A stretch of DNA of 64,000 nucleotides from an uncultured Gammaproteobacteria bacterium (GTDB lineage Bacteria > Patescibacteriota > Patescibacteriia > UBA9934 > CAZDDW01), in contig OZ246408.1 of assembly GCA_965231015.1 (NCBI GenBank), positions 83,755 through 147,754 of the forward strand, given 5' to 3'. Under the pieces are notes generated by a model. That model was not told the origin of the DNA and searched no databases. It was given only the letters and a program-made list of their open reading frames with translations. The position numbers and the translations under genes are program-made. Shown here one piece after another: positions 55,221 through 64,000 of this stretch. How positions within the stretch are numbered: position 1 is the first letter of the stretch; each line of letters opens with the position of its first letter.

Positions 55221-55952
55221 TTATTTTTCACAATCAGCTTCCCGGGCTTCTGCTTCGGCTATCTGTTCATTGCTCGGGGCGTATTCACTAAACCCTGCAT
55301 ATGGATCATTGATATCCATACTAAGAAGGTTTCGGCTTTCACCTCGGTCATCTCCGATTCCGGTTAGGAGAGCCTCTTCACAGGTGTCGAGCTCGTCAGC
55401 ATAGTCCATCATTAAAAGAATCAATTTTCCGTCTTCATATCCTACAGTTAACATTTTGGGTACCATTGCCTCATCCAGTAGTGAAGTTGCCCCACGACGG
55501 TATCGAGTTCGAAATAGTCTTTCAAAGTTATCATTACTCTCGTTATAGCGATAGATACTAATCAGGTTTTCATCAATGTCACTATTGTAAGCTGAGGTAG
55601 AAAAATAAACCAGGTCTACATCATTTGGGTCAACCACAATTGATTCGTGTATTACCTGTCCCACCCCCAGGGTCTGAATGTTAGTCATGGCTGTTTCATA
55701 ATTAGGCCAGTCATTAGGTGTACCGCCCTCATATGAGCTACCACTGATTTGTTCACTGGTCTCATTTACCTGCTCTGAAACTTCATTATCCGTGACCGTG
55801 TCTTCACTTGGAGCTTGGGCGGTCTGAAACCATACTATAAGCAGAATGACGATAATAGCTGCCAAGATGCCAATTGCTAAATTACTTGTTTTTGGCTTTG
55901 GGGTTTGGTGACCGTTTGTGTTTCCTCCATTTGTTTGCATTTCATCTTGCAT
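55221..55952 (-). CDS. Hypothetical secreted/membrane-anchored protein
   Basis: N-terminal TM helix, 243 aa, acidic. Confidence 0.4.
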   Translation of the reverse strand: MQDEMQTNGGNTNGHQTPKPKTSNLAIGILAAIIVILLIVWFQTAQAPSEDTVTDNEVSEQVNETSEQISGSSYEGGTPNDWPNYETAMTNIQTLGVGQVIHESIVVDPNDVDLVYFSTSAYNSDIDENLISIYRYNESNDNFERLFRTRYRRGATSLLDEAMVPKMLTVGYEDGKLILLMMDYADELDTCEEALLTGIGDDRGESRNLLSMDINDPYAGFSEYAPSNEQIAEAEAREADCEK

Positions 55953-55957
55953 AATTC

Positions 55958-56956
55958 TTACTTAACTTTATTAGGGATTTTTTTGTTGTCAACAAAAGCT
56001 AGAATATTTGTGGCAGCCGTTCGACTCATAGCCTGTCTAGCTTCAATGGTTGCCGAAGCAGTGTGCGGAGTCAGAATTACGTTATCAAGCTTTTTGAGCT
56101 CGTGCTTATCGGTTGGATCACAATCAATGGCCGGCTCACATTCGTAAACGTCCAGACCGGCTCCCCCGATTTCACCACGCTCGAGTGCCTTTGTCAAAGC
56201 CAACTCATCAATTACTGGACCACGAGCGGTGTTGATCAAAAAGGCAGTTTTTTTCATGGCCTTAAGTTCTTTGGTCGAAACAAGGTGTCGCGTGGCTGGT
56301 AAAAGAGGGACGTGAAGCGAAACAAAGTCAGCTTTTTTTAGAAGTTGCATCTTGGTAGAGAATTTGGCTCCGTATTTTTTCTCGAGTACCGGATTGCGAC
56401 GAATGTCGTTGTACAAAATATTGAGTCCAAAACCGTCATGCAGACGTTGAATCAAATGGGTCCCAATAGCCCCGGTTCCAATGACCCCAAGAGTTTTGCC
56501 GTGTACATCGGTTCCAAGAAACATCTTTGGTCCCCAACCTTTGTATTTTTCGCCGCGAGTAAACTTATCGACTTCAACGATCCGGTGGGCTAAAGCAAAG
56601 ATCATACCCACAGCATGTTCAGCAACCGTCTCCGAAACTTCAGGGGCGGGGGTATTCGAAACAATGATTTTACGTTCTTTAGCTGCTTTTAGGTCAATGT
56701 TGTCAAAACCAACGGCATAATTAGCAATCATTTTTAAATTTGGTCCGGCTGCGTCCATGATCTTAGCGTCAATTCGTTCCGTTAAGAGTGATAAAATAAT
56801 ATCCACGCCCTTAACCTGCTTGAGTAACTCGCGGCGCGGAATTTTTTTGTCTTGATTGTAAATTTTGACCTGAAGATTTTTTCTCTTTTTTAGCATCTTG
56901 ATGCCTTCATCCGGAATGTCTCGCGTTACAAAGACCTTCATATTTGATTTAGCCAT
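55958..56956 (-). CDS. NAD-dependent D-isomer-specific 2-hydroxyacid dehydrogenase (glycerate/hydroxypyruvate reductase-like)
   Basis: GxGxxG (GVIGTGAIG), catalytic R/E/H arrangement, 332 aa. Confidence 0.82.
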   Translation of the reverse strand: MAKSNMKVFVTRDIPDEGIKMLKKRKNLQVKIYNQDKKIPRRELLKQVKGVDIILSLLTERIDAKIMDAAGPNLKMIANYAVGFDNIDLKAAKERKIIVSNTPAPEVSETVAEHAVGMIFALAHRIVEVDKFTRGEKYKGWGPKMFLGTDVHGKTLGVIGTGAIGTHLIQRLHDGFGLNILYNDIRRNPVLEKKYGAKFSTKMQLLKKADFVSLHVPLLPATRHLVSTKELKAMKKTAFLINTARGPVIDELALTKALERGEIGGAGLDVYECEPAIDCDPTDKHELKKLDNVILTPHTASATIEARQAMSRTAATNILAFVDNKKIPNKVK

Positions 56957-56957
56957 A

Positions 56958-57959
56958 CTATATTTTTTTTACTTTGATCTTGTTTAAATTTTTACTTGAA
57001 GGAAATTTTTTTAAAATTCCTCGCTTGGCTCCGATTGAACCAATGACAGACTCTGCGTTCAAGGTCCCGGTCTGGAGAGCTCGGGGCAGGTCATCATACT
57101 TTAAAAGCGAAGACAGGAAACCCGAGCCAAAAGCGTCACCTGCACCGGTTCTGGACACGACTTTAGATTTTGTTGGCTTAGCAAACCACACTTCATCACC
57201 AAGGCAAGCATAACTTCCGGCTTCGCCATCAGTAATAATCAAAATCGAGTTATGCTTTGTCAGGTCCTTCATGATCCCCATCAAGTTTTTAATTGGTCGT
57301 CCGGTTAAAGCCGCGGCCTCTTCACGGTTGACCATAAGAACTGAAAGCATGGGCAGTAATGAAGAGAAAGCTTTACGCCCTTTTTTGATTTCACTCATTC
57401 CCGGGTTATATGCAACCTGAATATTTTTTTCATGAGCTGTCTGGACGATCCTTTTTACAAGAGACAAGTTGCCGCCCAGGGAAGTTATGTATAACCATTT
57501 GCTTTTCAGTTTTGACCAGGGGATGTCAGATGGGCTTAGTTTGGCAGAAACACCTCGGTGTACTAAAACGGTACGTTCACCGGTTGGAGTGGTTAAAAGA
57601 CATGAATAGGCCGTTTGACCAACCACCCGTTTTATCATGCTGGTATTAATTTTTTGCTGTTTTAGTTCATCGATCAAGCCACGCCCGGTAGAGTCATTAC
57701 CAATTTTTCCCACGCAGGCCACACGGTAGCCGAGCGAAGCGAAAGTTGCCGCGGCATTAGTTGCACCACCACCGGTGGTTAGAACCATTTTATCGATTTC
57801 GATTTTTGATCCCAGGGTAACACACTCGTAGGCTCCGGTAGCAGATTTAGGTGATTTTAAAATCTTGAAGTCATCAGAGACTAAAAATACATCACGTGTA
57901 GCAGATCCAATGGTAATTACATCAAACATACTATTTTTTGTTTTCCTCCCAGAGGTCAA
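56958..57959 (-). CDS. PfkB-family carbohydrate kinase
   Basis: N-terminal GG motif (…TTGGGATNAAA…) and C-terminal …GAGDAFGSGFL… anion hole. Confidence 0.75.
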   Translation of the reverse strand: MTSGRKTKNSMFDVITIGSATRDVFLVSDDFKILKSPKSATGAYECVTLGSKIEIDKMVLTTGGGATNAAATFASLGYRVACVGKIGNDSTGRGLIDELKQQKINTSMIKRVVGQTAYSCLLTTPTGERTVLVHRGVSAKLSPSDIPWSKLKSKWLYITSLGGNLSLVKRIVQTAHEKNIQVAYNPGMSEIKKGRKAFSSLLPMLSVLMVNREEAAALTGRPIKNLMGIMKDLTKHNSILIITDGEAGSYACLGDEVWFAKPTKSKVVSRTGAGDAFGSGFLSSLLKYDDLPRALQTGTLNAESVIGSIGAKRGILKKFPSSKNLNKIKVKKI

Positions 57960-58839
57960 TTAAGCCCATAAAGTTTTGGGAGATTTTTTGCACCGCTTCA
58001 TCACGTTTGATTTTTTTGTCACGGTATTCTTCCAAAGCTTCCATGAAAACAGTCCGGCCGACAGCAAAACCATTCACCAGTCCGGTTGAGGCGGCAGTTT
58101 TTATCCATTTATTAACTTGCGATGCATCTGCACCTCGCCCAAGCACAATGATGCCGACATTTCTGGTCATCCGAGAGCCGCGAACCACCTCACTTAGTTT
58201 TTTCCATTCCTGCTTGTTTTCCATAGCCTCGATTTTCCAAACATCAGGAACGATTTTATTATCATATAACTCTTTGATCATCTGGCGAGCCATTTCCGGG
58301 CGCATTTTTTTGTCATAGGTTCGAACATTGCCTTTGCATTTTTTCAGCTGAGCCTTAGTGGCCGGAACCAGAGGTTCAATCATTAGTTTTATCTCTGCTT
58401 GATCACAGAAATCTACCAATTGTTTTAGACGCTTTCTTTGTTCTGCATTAGCCTTTTTATTGGCCGGATTGTACCGGATCAGGGCCTTAGCAAAAGTTGG
58501 TTTATATTTTAATAGATGGTCCTTAAACTTGGTTCCGTATTCAAATTTGAATATGTCCTGTCCACTTTTTTCCACGGGCATGAAAAAATTTAAACCGTTC
58601 TTTTTGGCCTGTTTGATAATGGGAAGACCGAATTCTTCGTCAACTAGAATTGCTAAGCACTGGGCACAGTAGGAGTGCTTTTGAGATTCTTGAAAACCGT
58701 CAAAAACAATTTTTTTATAGAGGGTCACTTTTTTCTTATCGGATTCTTTGACCGGGTAACCAAGATCAAGCAGCCCTTTGGCAAATGTGGAGCGATGATC
58801 AAATGGTAAAACGTATAGTGGTGCCGCGTAACCTTTCAT
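57931..58839 (-). CDS. Putative aldolase of the DUF2090-like family (as fused to IolC kinases elsewhere)
   Basis: N-terminal …LYVLPFDHRSTF… motif; the family call is weak. Confidence 0.4.
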   Translation of the reverse strand: MKGYAAPLYVLPFDHRSTFAKGLLDLGYPVKESDKKKVTLYKKIVFDGFQESQKHSYCAQCLAILVDEEFGLPIIKQAKKNGLNFFMPVEKSGQDIFKFEYGTKFKDHLLKYKPTFAKALIRYNPANKKANAEQRKRLKQLVDFCDQAEIKLMIEPLVPATKAQLKKCKGNVRTYDKKMRPEMARQMIKELYDNKIVPDVWKIEAMENKQEWKKLSEVVRGSRMTRNVGIIVLGRGADASQVNKWIKTAASTGLVNGFAVGRTVFMEALEEYRDKKIKRDEAVQKISQNFMGLIDLWEENKK

Positions 58840-58840
58840 A

Positions 58841-59812
58841 TTAAAGTTCTTTTACTTTAATATTTTTGTGGTTTCTGAGCCGGGACATAATTTGTGTTTT
58901 TTTAAGAAGCCCCTTTTGCGGACCAATGTATTTTATCACCGAGGCGGCATTCATGTTGCCCCAGCGAATCGCGTCAGAAATCTTTTTTTCGTAAAGAATT
59001 GCTCCCATAAACGCGGTTGTGAAGGAATCACCTGCTCCGGTGGTTTCTACCACTTTGGCTGGATAGATTGGACAGTGTAGAACACTGGTACCATTGAAAG
59101 TGTACGAGCCGTTTTTCCCATCAGTAAGAGCCACTATTTCCGGTCCCATTTTCCAGAGTTTATGAATCAAAGTCTTGGTATTTTTCTTTGAGTTACCCGG
59201 AGCCAAACGTTCGCCCTCACCTCGATTAACGAATAAAATACTGCTGACTTCTATCAGATCCAGTAAAGATTTTTTTCGCTCCGCCAGTTGTACTGCACCC
59301 GGATTAAAAGCAAGTTTTATTTTGTTCTTTTTAATATAAGGAATCAATTTTCGGTACATGTCTTCATATTTATCACCCAGCTCCCCTACATAAATCCATT
59401 TGGTCTTTTCCAGCTTTGGTAAGCGATATTTAAACGGTTGGTGACTGGCTAGAATAGTGCGCTCACCCTTATAGTTTAAAACCGCTGAATAACTTGAGGG
59501 TAAAGAGTGATCAATTTCAATATAACGACTATCAACTCCTTCCCGCCCTAATTTTTTAAAAGCCAGATCAGTGGTTTCGTCGTCTCCCATGACTGAATAA
59601 ACCGCTGAATTAAAACCTAGTCTGGAAAGACCGACTGCAACGTTTGGAGCACTGCCGGCGATTTGTTCTTCATAATCTTTGACGGGAATTTTTCTTCCGT
59701 AGGCCAAACACAACTGGCAACCTCGTTTTCTCAGTTTACAGTTAACGGAGGCCTCAGATAGGTTGATAAAAGAGTCAAGTTTAATGTCTCCAATAGCAAT
59801 GGCATCAAACAT
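58841..59812 (-). CDS. PfkB-family carbohydrate kinase (second copy)
   Basis: …GSAPNVAVGLSRLG… and …TGAGDSFTTAFMG… motifs. Confidence 0.75.
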   Translation of the reverse strand: MFDAIAIGDIKLDSFINLSEASVNCKLRKRGCQLCLAYGRKIPVKDYEEQIAGSAPNVAVGLSRLGFNSAVYSVMGDDETTDLAFKKLGREGVDSRYIEIDHSLPSSYSAVLNYKGERTILASHQPFKYRLPKLEKTKWIYVGELGDKYEDMYRKLIPYIKKNKIKLAFNPGAVQLAERKKSLLDLIEVSSILFVNRGEGERLAPGNSKKNTKTLIHKLWKMGPEIVALTDGKNGSYTFNGTSVLHCPIYPAKVVETTGAGDSFTTAFMGAILYEKKISDAIRWGNMNAASVIKYIGPQKGLLKKTQIMSRLRNHKNIKVKEL

Positions 59813-59813
59813 A

Positions 59814-60797
59814 TTATTTTTTGTTGAATACTTTTTTAATGGCTTTGATAATGTGGGGAGCGGTAAGGCAGAAGTGTTCTAAAAGTTCATTTGGATTTCC
59901 TGATTCTCCGAAAGTGTCTTGGATTCCAACACGTTCCATTGGTACCGGACAACATTCACTAAGTAGTTCCGCTACTGCTCCTCCGAGTCCGCCGGCGGCT
60001 TGATGTTCTTCCACTGTGACCACAGCACCAGTTTTTTTGGCGGCTTTAGTAAGAGTGATTTTATCAAGAGGCTTAACGGTGTGAGAATTAATGACTTGTA
60101 CGTCAATTTCATTTTCTAGTTCGCGGGCGGCTTTCAGAGCTTCGTAAACAAGTGGTCCGCAAGCGATAACGGTCACATCCTTCCCAGTGCGTAACATCTC
60201 AGCTCGGCCAACCTGGAAAGGACTGGCTTTGGTGGTGAAGACCGGAGTGGCTGAACGGGCAAAACGGATGTAAACCGGACCCTTGAGTTTAGCCGCAGCT
60301 ATTGTTGCTTTTTTGGTTTCCGTAGTGTCAGCGGGCACAATAACGGTCAGGTTGGGGAGGACCCGCATCAGTGAAATGTCTTCGATCATTTGGTGAGTGG
60401 CTCCATCCGGACCAACCGAGATGCCAGCGTGTGCGCCGGCAATCTTGACGTTGGTTTCAGAGAGGGCAATACAGGTACGAATTTGTTCATAGTTCCGTCC
60501 CGGTGAAAAAGCGGCGTAGCTTGAAATGAAAGGAATTTTTCCGACCATGCTCATACCGGCGGCAAAAGCGGCCATCCCTTGCTCGTGTACGCCAAGCTGA
60601 ACAAAACGATCAGGATACGCTTCTTTAAATGCCTGCGATCTGGTTGATTCTGTTAAATCAGCACAAAGTACTACTACGTTGTCATCTTTTGCTCCAGCTT
60701 CAACTAAGCCTTCGCCGTATCCGTTGCGGGTTGGAACCTGTTCAATTTTAGGATCAAACAGCCTTCTCTTGAGTTTTGCATTTTTGTTCAAGGCCAT
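59814..60797 (-). CDS. Transketolase, C-terminal (pyrimidine-binding) subunit
   Basis: Split transketolase with …FIQLGVHEQGMAAFAAGM… and a C-terminal domain; 327 aa. Confidence 0.88.
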   Translation of the reverse strand: MALNKNAKLKRRLFDPKIEQVPTRNGYGEGLVEAGAKDDNVVVLCADLTESTRSQAFKEAYPDRFVQLGVHEQGMAAFAAGMSMVGKIPFISSYAAFSPGRNYEQIRTCIALSETNVKIAGAHAGISVGPDGATHQMIEDISLMRVLPNLTVIVPADTTETKKATIAAAKLKGPVYIRFARSATPVFTTKASPFQVGRAEMLRTGKDVTVIACGPLVYEALKAARELENEIDVQVINSHTVKPLDKITLTKAAKKTGAVVTVEEHQAAGGLGGAVAELLSECCPVPMERVGIQDTFGESGNPNELLEHFCLTAPHIIKAIKKVFNKK

Positions 60798-60798
60798 A

Positions 60799-61677
60799 TT
60801 ATTTGTGCTCTTTTTTGATGTTGGCCAGATTTTCTTCTAAAGACTTGATGGCTTGATTTAGTTCTGCTCCTTTTTTTGGCGGTTTTCCATGCCAGGTGTA
60901 ATCACCCTCCATAAAATCAACGCCCTTGCCGGGGGTGGTATGGGCAATAATCATGCTTGGTTTTTCTTGTACGGCTTGAGCTTCGCCAATGGCGTTTACG
61001 ATTTCTCGAATGTTGTTGCCATCGATTTCAATGACATGCCAATTAAAGGCTTCGAATTTTTCAGCCAAGGGTTCTAGCGGCATTACGTCTTCAGTGCTAC
61101 CGTCAATTTGGATATTGTTGCGGTCACAGATTGCGATTAAGTTTTTCAACTGATATTTACCTGCAAATAGAAAAGTTTCCCAATCGATTCCTGCTTCAAG
61201 CTCACCATCGCTCATAACGCAATAAGTGAACCAGCGAGCTTTGTCCATTTGTGCCGCATAGGCACATCCGGCGGCCTGAGCAATCCCATCTCCAAGTGGA
61301 CCGGATGTGTTTTCCACTCCAGCGAGTTTAGTTTTTTCCGGGTGGCCTTGCAGGGGAGAGCCAAGCTGACGAAGATTTTTTAGTTCTTTCTTGGGAAAAT
61401 ATCCCGCAAATGCCATTGTCACGTATTGGATGGGACAGACATGACCGTTAGAAAGAAAAAGTCGATCACGGTCGGACCAATCAGGTTTTTTTGGGTCATG
61501 GTTGAGAACGTGAAAATAAAGAGCGGTAAAAATGTCAGCCAAACCAAGTGGTCCGGCTGAATGACCACATTTTGCGTTGGCTAAAGTTTGCATAAGCTCC
61601 ATGCGGATTTCATAGGCCTTTACTTCAAGCTGACGCAGTTTCTTATCGTGTAATTGGAGAGGTTTTCTTCTTGGCAT
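60799..61677 (-). CDS. Transketolase, N-terminal (TPP-binding) subunit
   Basis: …GHSAGPLGLADIFTALYF…, …GDGIAQAAG… and MSDGELEAG motifs. Confidence 0.88.
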   Translation of the reverse strand: MPRRKPLQLHDKKLRQLEVKAYEIRMELMQTLANAKCGHSAGPLGLADIFTALYFHVLNHDPKKPDWSDRDRLFLSNGHVCPIQYVTMAFAGYFPKKELKNLRQLGSPLQGHPEKTKLAGVENTSGPLGDGIAQAAGCAYAAQMDKARWFTYCVMSDGELEAGIDWETFLFAGKYQLKNLIAICDRNNIQIDGSTEDVMPLEPLAEKFEAFNWHVIEIDGNNIREIVNAIGEAQAVQEKPSMIIAHTTPGKGVDFMEGDYTWHGKPPKKGAELNQAIKSLEENLANIKKEHK

Positions 61678-61756
61678 AGTGGTATCATTTTATCACACTT
61701 TCTGATTCTACTCGAATAACCAAAAACAGGGCCCGTAGGCCCTGTTTTATGGTATT

Positions 61757-62560
61757 TTACTCTACAATGATAACTCCGGTCATGTCTGGATGATAGCTAC
61801 AGAAGAAGTAGTAGTTACCGGCTTCCTCAAACTTCTTAATATAGTTGACTCCAGGTGCCATGGTACCGCTTCCCCAGGTCAGATCATCCGCGGTTACAGT
61901 ATGGTTTTCGTCTCCGTCGTTGGTGAATCGAACAGCGGTTCCAGCGTCAATTGTGACTGCGTCCGGTGAATAATCAAAGTCAATAATTGACATTTCAGCC
62001 GGGGCTTCTAATCCTTTGTCAGTATTAATGTCAGCAGAATCTGCCATGACGTCATCTTTATCGTAATCACTGGCATCGTTAATAGGGTCGCTGTAGTAGT
62101 AGTTCCCAAAAAAGCTATCTGGCACATCGTCAATCATTTGGTTCCAATCAGACCCATAAAGATCAGTAGCTACTGACTCACTGGTGACATGACGTAACTC
62201 TCCGTTCATGCCTACGGCATAGGTTTTAGGATCACTGTTGATCTTGACCATGCGTGTGCCAGGGCGGTAGGTGACATTGCCACCGATTTGGATCTTGGTC
62301 AGGTCTTCATCACTAATCCATTTTACGTCATCAAAATTTTCGTACCATGTGAAGTAGGTTTTGTCGTTTGGAAAAACGTAACGGAATCCATCCATGCCAT
62401 AATAGTAAACTGCCGGGAAGGTTTCTCCGCGAATCATGTCGCCGGAAGAAAGGTCTTCCAGGGCAACCAAACTGTTAGCCTTAGCTGAATTCAGGTTAGA
62501 TAGACCAAACCCGAGAGCTACGCCAAGTGCGATTAGGGCAATAAATATTTTCTTAGTCAT
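61757..62560 (-). CDS. Secreted protein with a C-terminal cupredoxin (plastocyanin-like) domain
   Basis: Signal peptide; C-terminal …HTV…FFCSYHPDMTGVIIVE (Cys-His-Met copper ligands). Confidence 0.55.
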   Translation of the reverse strand: MTKKIFIALIALGVALGFGLSNLNSAKANSLVALEDLSSGDMIRGETFPAVYYYGMDGFRYVFPNDKTYFTWYENFDDVKWISDEDLTKIQIGGNVTYRPGTRMVKINSDPKTYAVGMNGELRHVTSESVATDLYGSDWNQMIDDVPDSFFGNYYYSDPINDASDYDKDDVMADSADINTDKGLEAPAEMSIIDFDYSPDAVTIDAGTAVRFTNDGDENHTVTADDLTWGSGTMAPGVNYIKKFEEAGNYYFFCSYHPDMTGVIIVE

Positions 62561-62637
62561 AAGAGACTGGCTTTAAATTTTTTTTATGCATTAATGTTAA
62601 ATTCGTACTTGAGTATAGCACACTGAGGGCGAAATAT

Positions 62638-63324
62638 CTAGGCTTGTTTTTCAGCTATTTTTTGCATTTTCCCGAGAGCATCCACAGGGTCATCAGTGTT
62701 GAAGATGGCACTGGCTGCACTTAGGCGCGTAGCTCCAGCCGTGATCATCTGCCCGGCTCGTTCCTCATTTACCCCACCATCTACTCCAAGCGGCAGGTTG
62801 GGATAGCGGTTGTGAATACGGGCGATTTTTTTCATAATGGCTTGACCACTGATACCATGAGCTTCATCGCCAAAAGATTGGCCGCTGGCCCCTGGGTAAA
62901 CCCCCATTATCAGTACTTCATCAACGTGTGACATTACGTGATGAATTTCATCGACAGGTGTTGCAGGATTAAGAGCCACGCCGGCCTCTATTTTATGAAC
63001 TTGTTTAATAGTATCAATCAGGGTTCCGAGTGGTCGATCAAGTTCGGCGTGGATGATGGCTCGCACGGTGTTTGGAACATGCACGGCAAACTGCTCAATA
63101 ACCAGCAAGGGATTTTCAATCATGAGGTGCAATTCAAAATTGACCGGGCTTTTCATGGCCGCAATTGTTTTAGCATCAAACCAGCTGGTGGCATCAAACA
63201 TTGAGCCATCCAGAATGTCTATTTGGACAGTGTTGCAATCGTGCTCAACTAAACGTAACCGATGTTCAAACTCTTCAACGTTATCAACGAGTAATGACGG
63301 AATGATTTCAGGCACATTCATCAT
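62638..63324 (-). CDS. rpe: Ribulose-phosphate 3-epimerase
   Basis: …HLMIENP…, …MGVYPGASGQSF…, …GVDGGVN… motifs. Confidence 0.85.
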   Translation of the reverse strand: MMNVPEIIPSLLVDNVEEFEHRLRLVEHDCNTVQIDILDGSMFDATSWFDAKTIAAMKSPVNFELHLMIENPLLVIEQFAVHVPNTVRAIIHAELDRPLGTLIDTIKQVHKIEAGVALNPATPVDEIHHVMSHVDEVLIMGVYPGASGQSFGDEAHGISGQAIMKKIARIHNRYPNLPLGVDGGVNEERAGQMITAGATRLSAASAIFNTDDPVDALGKMQKIAEKQA

Positions 63325-63784
63325 ATTCTTGTTTTTCTATTTCTTTGACTTTGGCCAATCGTCGTTTGTGGCGCGGGGCTTCACTGAATTCTGTATTGAT
63401 CCATTTGTCGACAATTTTTTTAGCTTCACGTTTTGATAAAACCCGCCCCGGTAGACAAAGGATGTTTGAATCATCATCGGTGCGACTAGTCTCAGCTGCA
63501 AATTCGGAAAAGCCAACCGCCGCCCGAATTCCCTTTACTTTGTTGGTGACGATGCAGATTCCCTGCGCATTACCACAGCTGACAATACCGTAGCTTCCCG
63601 GGTCAGATACGACTCTTTTAGCTACAGCATGTCCAAAGTCCGGGTAGTCATCGTCATCGACCAAGTCACGGTTACCCATGTCTATAGTCTTAAAACCTTG
63701 TTCCTCCAAAACTTCTTTGATGTGTTCCTTGGTTTCCCAACCAGCGTGATCGGCTCCAAGGTAGATTGTTGGTTTTTCATTCAT
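63308..63784 (-). CDS. rpiB: Ribose-5-phosphate isomerase B
   Basis: …IYLGADHAGWETK…, …GIVSCGNAQGI…, …RAAVG… motifs; overlaps rpe by 17 nt. Confidence 0.85.
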   Translation of the reverse strand: MNEKPTIYLGADHAGWETKEHIKEVLEEQGFKTIDMGNRDLVDDDDYPDFGHAVAKRVVSDPGSYGIVSCGNAQGICIVTNKVKGIRAAVGFSEFAAETSRTDDDSNILCLPGRVLSKREAKKIVDKWINTEFSEAPRHKRRLAKVKEIEKQEYDECA

Positions 63785-63903
63785 ACCCGCCTATTATATC
63801 AAATAAGCTTGTCACTGTCGCTCGCGAGCGACGTAACTTGATAAATCATGCTAAAATTGGTAGGATTTGAGCGTTATTTAGCTAAGAAACTGCTGAAAAA
63901 TTT

Positions 63904-64000
63904 ATGTCAAAAGGTGGCTCCAATTTTCCTCAAAAAGAAGAAAAAATCCTCGAATTTTGGGAGAAAGAGCGGATTTTCGAAAAATCGATCGAACGAGAGG
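63904..64000 (+). CDS. N-terminus of a class I aminoacyl-tRNA synthetase (Ile/Val/Leu type), continuing beyond the window
   Basis: MSKGGSNFPQKEEKILEFWEKERIFEKSIE is a typical IleRS-like start. Confidence 0.45.
   Translation, partial: MSKGGSNFPQKEEKILEFWEKERIFEKSIERE

Overview
This 64 kb window comes from a moderate/low-GC bacterial chromosome (GC judged by eye only, not computed) and starts inside dnaA, running through dnaN, so it includes the likely origin region. The backbone holds cell-wall genes (a class A PBP, a 3D-domain protein, a SpoIID/LytB protein, a DacA-type D,D-carboxypeptidase, an FG-GAP/L,D-transpeptidase, and a Wzx flippase with an O-antigen-ligase-like protein). It also holds a compact Fe-S operon (cysteine desulfurase, IscU/NifU scaffold, ferredoxin, FAD reductase), ruvB, rlmH, seven tRNAs plus two tRNA 3'-end relics, and a stand-alone 23S-5S rRNA unit with two rRNA-type promoters and no 16S nearby. 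The 23S carries two near-identical AT-rich intervening sequences. A sugar-phosphate cluster is present (split transketolase, rpe, rpiB, two PfkB kinases, a 2-hydroxyacid dehydrogenase), as are an EndoQ-type PHP endonuclease and a histone-H1-like KPAKRK-repeat protein. The LTD surface protein, the tandem VirB2/TrbC-like pilin paralogs, the fragmented unlinked rRNA and the tight operons fit a Patescibacteria/CPR-like organism, but that is inference only. Two islands stand out:
(1) A roughly 4.5 kb, strongly GC-rich and GC3-biased three-gene cassette at 10.1-14.6 kb. It encodes a 794-aa protein with a soluble N-domain and a polytopic membrane C-domain, a lipoprotein, and a secreted coiled-coil protein. 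Each transcription unit is driven by a duplicated copy of a host-type promoter module that recurs several times in the window, with structured leaders and its own terminators. I see no homology to named families; this is the best candidate for an undescribed envelope system and probably a horizontal acquisition.
(2) A very AT-rich island of about 5.5 kb at 19.6-25.1 kb next to tRNA-Ser. It carries an N6-adenine methyltransferase, a DUF262-HNH nuclease, a 517-aa unknown protein and a polytopic membrane protein. I read it as a candidate restriction-modification or defence module, bounded by tandem repeats and a GC-rich structured element.
All calls rest on reading the sequence and the ORF translations; no database searches were possible.
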